64,000 bases of DNA from a virus. Below the pieces are notes generated by a model. That model worked only from the letters and a program-made list of their open reading frames with translations, was not told the origin of the DNA and made no database searches. This document shows, piece after piece, positions 60,909 through 64,000 of this stretch. Both the position numbers and the translations under genes were made by a program. The stretch covers positions 22,934 to 86,933 of IMG/VR virus record IMGVR_UViG_3300021478_000001. One strand, written 5' to 3'. The stretch's first letter is position 1, and the number at the start of each line of letters is the position of its first letter.

Positions 60909-61649
60909 TTATTTCCTTTCCAACAAATGATTACTCCTACCGCCGCTGATTTGACGGTTGAGACTGATGCTGTCACCGGCCGCGCGTCCTGCTGCTGCAT
61001 CAGCACCTTGCTTTATGCGCTGCTTTTTCAGCGGCACAGTAGTCCAGCGTGCATTCATATAAATCTTGTTCAATTGCTCTTCGTTCCTGTAGAGCGCAGG
61101 TAAGTTGCCAGGATTACCTTGGGGATTGTAGACGGGCTGTGTCTTACCTGCTAGTTCTATATGTAGGATAAGCAATCGCTCGCTCAGCCGTGCATAGCAA
61201 CCACGGCGAAAGTCATAGATGTTGACCCCAGGATAGTTGCGGCCATAGGCCAAAGACAATCGCTCAGAAGTTTTAACCAAGTAAGCTGCCATTTCTTTGA
61301 CCATGATTATGTTATGTTTCTTTCCAACCAAAGTCCAGGGTTGTCCCTTCTTGCTGCGTACAAGTGCCCTTATAAAGTAGAGCTTGCAAATGGCAAGGAT
61401 GAGCGTGCGCTTTGCTGGACTAGAATTCCAATTGCTTACATAGTCTTCATGACTTACTTGTTCTTGATCTTCAACCTTTAACTGTGCTTCCTCCAGGCCA
61501 TGCGCTGCCAGCAATTCCGCTACCTTGGCGGCATAAGTCGCCGCCTCCGCTTCAGTAACGCCTTTATCATCCGCCTTGGCTTTCAAGGCGCGCAGCTTCC
61601 GCATCAAGCTGTTATTGATTTCTTCTGTCATTGACTTCTCCGTGAGCAT
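60909..61649 (-). CDS. DUF2786-domain protein
   Basis: KLRALKAKA....TEAEAA..AAKVAELLAAHGL N-terminus; FRRG and GRAAGDSISLNRQI. Confidence 0.8.
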   Translation of the reverse strand: MLTEKSMTEEINNSLMRKLRALKAKADDKGVTEAEAATYAAKVAELLAAHGLEEAQLKVEDQEQVSHEDYVSNWNSSPAKRTLILAICKLYFIRALVRSKKGQPWTLVGKKHNIIMVKEMAAYLVKTSERLSLAYGRNYPGVNIYDFRRGCYARLSERLLILHIELAGKTQPVYNPQGNPGNLPALYRNEEQLNKIYMNARWTTVPLKKQRIKQGADAAAGRAAGDSISLNRQISGGRSNHLLERK

Positions 61650-61661
61650 TTGGTAAAATCT

Positions 61662-61967
61662 TTAGATGCATATTTTTATGAACAGAGTTTCTATCGCATT
61701 ATGGGCATACTCCCCTTCTATTATGTCACGGTTTGTTAAGTCTACTTGGTCGTTCTGGTCACCAATAGCAAACACGTCTATTTCCTCATCATTCAACGTG
61801 GCTAAAAATTTGTCAACACGTTCCCAGTCTATGGTTTCACAAGTTGTGTCATCTTCAAAGTTTGTTGGCAACTTGAAATTCCGATCTGGAGCCATTCCTT
61901 GGTCATAGAACATCAAATTCACACAGTGGTAAACGTGTTGCAGCGGCTTGATCATTGCTCTCTCCAT
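61662..61967 (-). CDS. hypothetical protein, paralogue of 144..449
   Basis: Shared motifs with 144..449. Confidence 0.7.
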   Translation of the reverse strand: MERAMIKPLQHVYHCVNLMFYDQGMAPDRNFKLPTNFEDDTTCETIDWERVDKFLATLNDEEIDVFAIGDQNDQVDLTNRDIIEGEYAHNAIETLFIKICI

Positions 61968-62008
61968 CTTGTGCAGTAGTACATCGTCGATCTAAGTCAC
62001 CGTCACGT

Positions 62009-62263
62009 TCATGTTTCTTCTTCTTTGATCAACGTTTCTCCTGGGCCTCGGAAGGTGTCTGGGTCAAATGATGGATCACGGTCGTTAGCAAAGTTAGAAC
62101 ATAGTGCTACTCCGAATTTGGAAATTGTATAGTGAACAATTATCCATCCAGCATCGAACCCTGTGACTACTGTCCTAGTTATAAAGTGTTCGTCTTTCTT
62201 TTCGTAGACTCGTCTACATGCTGCTCTGCGCCCCTTCAAAGCAACTTTTTCTTTATATTCCAT
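62009..62263 (-). CDS. hypothetical protein
   Basis: AAGGAG RBS before MEYKEK. Confidence 0.55.
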   Translation of the reverse strand: MEYKEKVALKGRRAACRRVYEKKDEHFITRTVVTGFDAGWIIVHYTISKFGVALCSNFANDRDPSFDPDTFRGPGETLIKEEET

Positions 62264-62374
62264 TTTATTTGTCTCCTTGCTCACAGTGTAAAAAGACCCG
62301 GACCTAAAAGGGGGACCAAAAAGGTCCGGGCAAGTCACCGTCACCAAAGGGTTTAGGTGACGGAAGTCACTACT

Positions 62375-62713
62375 TTAACGCTTCCAACCTTTTTCCATAT
62401 CGTGATAATCTGGATCCGGGTTATAGTCCTTAGTCTTGCGATATTCGTATGGGTCAACCCATCCATTCTTGTCCCTAAGCAACGCCACTCGCTTTTTGTC
62501 AGACTGGATAACACTCACGCGGGTTCCAAGATCCTTGGCCAGATACCTTCCAATATCATACTTGGCAAGAGGAGTGTTGTCAGGATTATTTCTACCAAAC
62601 GCCAACTGGCAAGCATCGGCAGCACGCTCCGCCTTTTCGATACGACAGTTCATCAGGGTCCACGTTGGCGGTCCACTGCTTCCAGGCATCACTGCCCAAT
62701 ACTTCATAGTCAT
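62375..62713 (-). CDS. hypothetical protein
   Basis: Start re-called at MTMKYW after GGAGAGAG. Confidence 0.55.
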   Translation of the reverse strand: MTMKYWAVMPGSSGPPTWTLMNCRIEKAERAADACQLAFGRNNPDNTPLAKYDIGRYLAKDLGTRVSVIQSDKKRVALLRDKNGWVDPYEYRKTKDYNPDPDYHDMEKGWKR

Positions 62714-62729
62714 TGCTCTCTCCAAATGC

Positions 62730-63175
62730 GCGTGGTGCAGCGCGCATAGTGTATAAAGTATGATTGCACCCTGAGCATCTGCCCTCTCACGACAGACGCC
62801 TAGCTGCAATCCATTCGGCCGCCATCTGTGCCGCACAGCATCTAGTAATCACCGCTTATCTTTGCTGATTGAGGTGAACGTTGGCTGGCATTGACACAGA
62901 GGTTAGGCTGTTTGCAGATTGAAGAACAGGTTACTCACACTCCATTCATTCGTGCCGCACCACAACATTCGCATACGGCGCATACGCGCGCCGCATGCGA
63001 ATGTTGTGTTGCCTTACGAACGTGGCGTCGTCGTCAGTGGCATCGCTAGGGGCTTTCACCTATTCTGTTTTCAAACAGCTTTTCGCATCATTGTGTGCGA
63101 ATCTTCAGCTTATGGGCGCAGGCCTCTTGTGCATCACCGCAGCGGGCCACTGCTTCCTAAGCACCGGAGCAGCAA
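62730..63175 (-). ncRNA. candidate large structured non-coding RNA or leader
   Basis: Promoter upstream; nested long stems with G-U wobbles only on the - strand. Confidence 0.5.
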
Positions 63176-63180
63176 CTAGT

Positions 63181-63209
63181 AGTGTACCCCATAAAGCTAC
63201 GAGTAGCAA
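63181..63209 (-). promoter_or_regulatory. sigma70 promoter overlapping the GCTAC-NN-GTAGC palindrome
   Basis: Minus strand TTGCTA-17nt-TACACT. Confidence 0.6.
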
Positions 63210-63240
63210 CAGGAATTTGTTTGCTTGGTTTGGTGGGCTT

Positions 63241-63822
63241 TTAGCTAAATTTCCAAGCACCGAAAAATGACATTCCATGGCAACCATTTCCATTTAGAAG
63301 TTCTGTATTTCCTGGTCCTAAATTTTCTGTGAGAAATTGCTCAGTCAGCATATGTGGATGACCTTCGTGGGGTGGTATGTTGATCCACTCAAAGAGTCTG
63401 ATGATCTTGGCCAAGGCGCGGGCATTATTCAGTATTTGTTTAGGATCATCCACGTGTTGCAAAACGTTGTAGATCCATGCTTCATCAAATTTGAATGCTT
63501 GCCAAAATTCGTTTTTAAGTTCTTCACCTTTCACATTCCAGAAAGTAATACGCGCAGCTTCATATCGCTTAAGAACCCATTCTGGCTGCGGTAAAGGATC
63601 TACCACAAAGCCAGTCACATTAATAGCTTTCAAAAGTAAACTGACAGGACCACCACCGATATCTATTACAGTGGCACCGCGCATGTCTATATTGAAATCA
63701 CTCCGCCAATCGCCGGTGAATGTTAATCCCATGCGCTTGGCGTAGACCATCTGTTTGGTCTCTTCGCCATAAGTGTTGCAACAGTTTCCCCAGAATTTTT
63801 GTTCAAAGTCAATCTTTTCCAT
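63241..63822 (-). CDS. class I SAM-dependent methyltransferase
   Basis: VIDIGGGPVSLL, VVDPL, FDEAWIYNVLQHVDDP. Confidence 0.85.
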   Translation of the reverse strand: MEKIDFEQKFWGNCCNTYGEETKQMVYAKRMGLTFTGDWRSDFNIDMRGATVIDIGGGPVSLLLKAINVTGFVVDPLPQPEWVLKRYEAARITFWNVKGEELKNEFWQAFKFDEAWIYNVLQHVDDPKQILNNARALAKIIRLFEWINIPPHEGHPHMLTEQFLTENLGPGNTELLNGNGCHGMSFFGAWKFS

Positions 63823-64000
63823 ATGCTCTCTCCATTGCTTTCATCAATTCGGCAACAAGCGGTGCCTGTCAATATCATATGCGCTCCGGTGGTTCGATAG
63901 CCTCAAGTATTGCTTCTTCGCGTGTCATGCCGCGAACGTTTTCACATTCGTCCGTGGACAATTGCTCGAACGTAATTCCTTGCTTGCCACATGCAGCACA

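Overview
This window is about 64 kb of a tailed dsDNA phage genome. The contractile tail is Mu-like, the head is HK97-type, and the host is probably alphaproteobacterial (inference from gene style). The + strand from about 2.7 to 42.8 kb carries the late genes: terminase, a protease-capsid fusion, a portal placed after the capsid gene, a second capsid-like paralogue, neck, sheath and tube, a frameshifted tail chaperone, two tandem tape-measure-like proteins bearing enzyme domains, a Mu-type baseplate, fibres, four collagen-like proteins, a GT4 glycosyltransferase and lysis genes. The - strand (1-2.7 kb and 42.9-64 kb) carries many small early/accessory genes and a tRNA-Asp(GUC). No integrase or replication module is visible. 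The standout is at 48.1-51.7 kb: three arrays totalling about 65 units with a 36-nt period, each made of two alternating 10-nt repeats separated by 8-nt variable segments. The arrays are interleaved with a nuclease-less IS110/Nop-domain gene and a SWIM Zn-finger gene, and bracketed by an ADP-ribosyltransferase-fold gene and an XRE regulator. This is the architecture of a TIGR-Tas-like (TasA-type) RNA-guided system with divergent repeats. Also notable are a roughly 450-nt promoter-driven structured non-coding region at 62.7-63.2 kb, a palindromic operator shared by early promoters, and a candidate Acb2/Tad1-like anti-defence protein. All assignments come from reading motifs by eye; no database searches were run.
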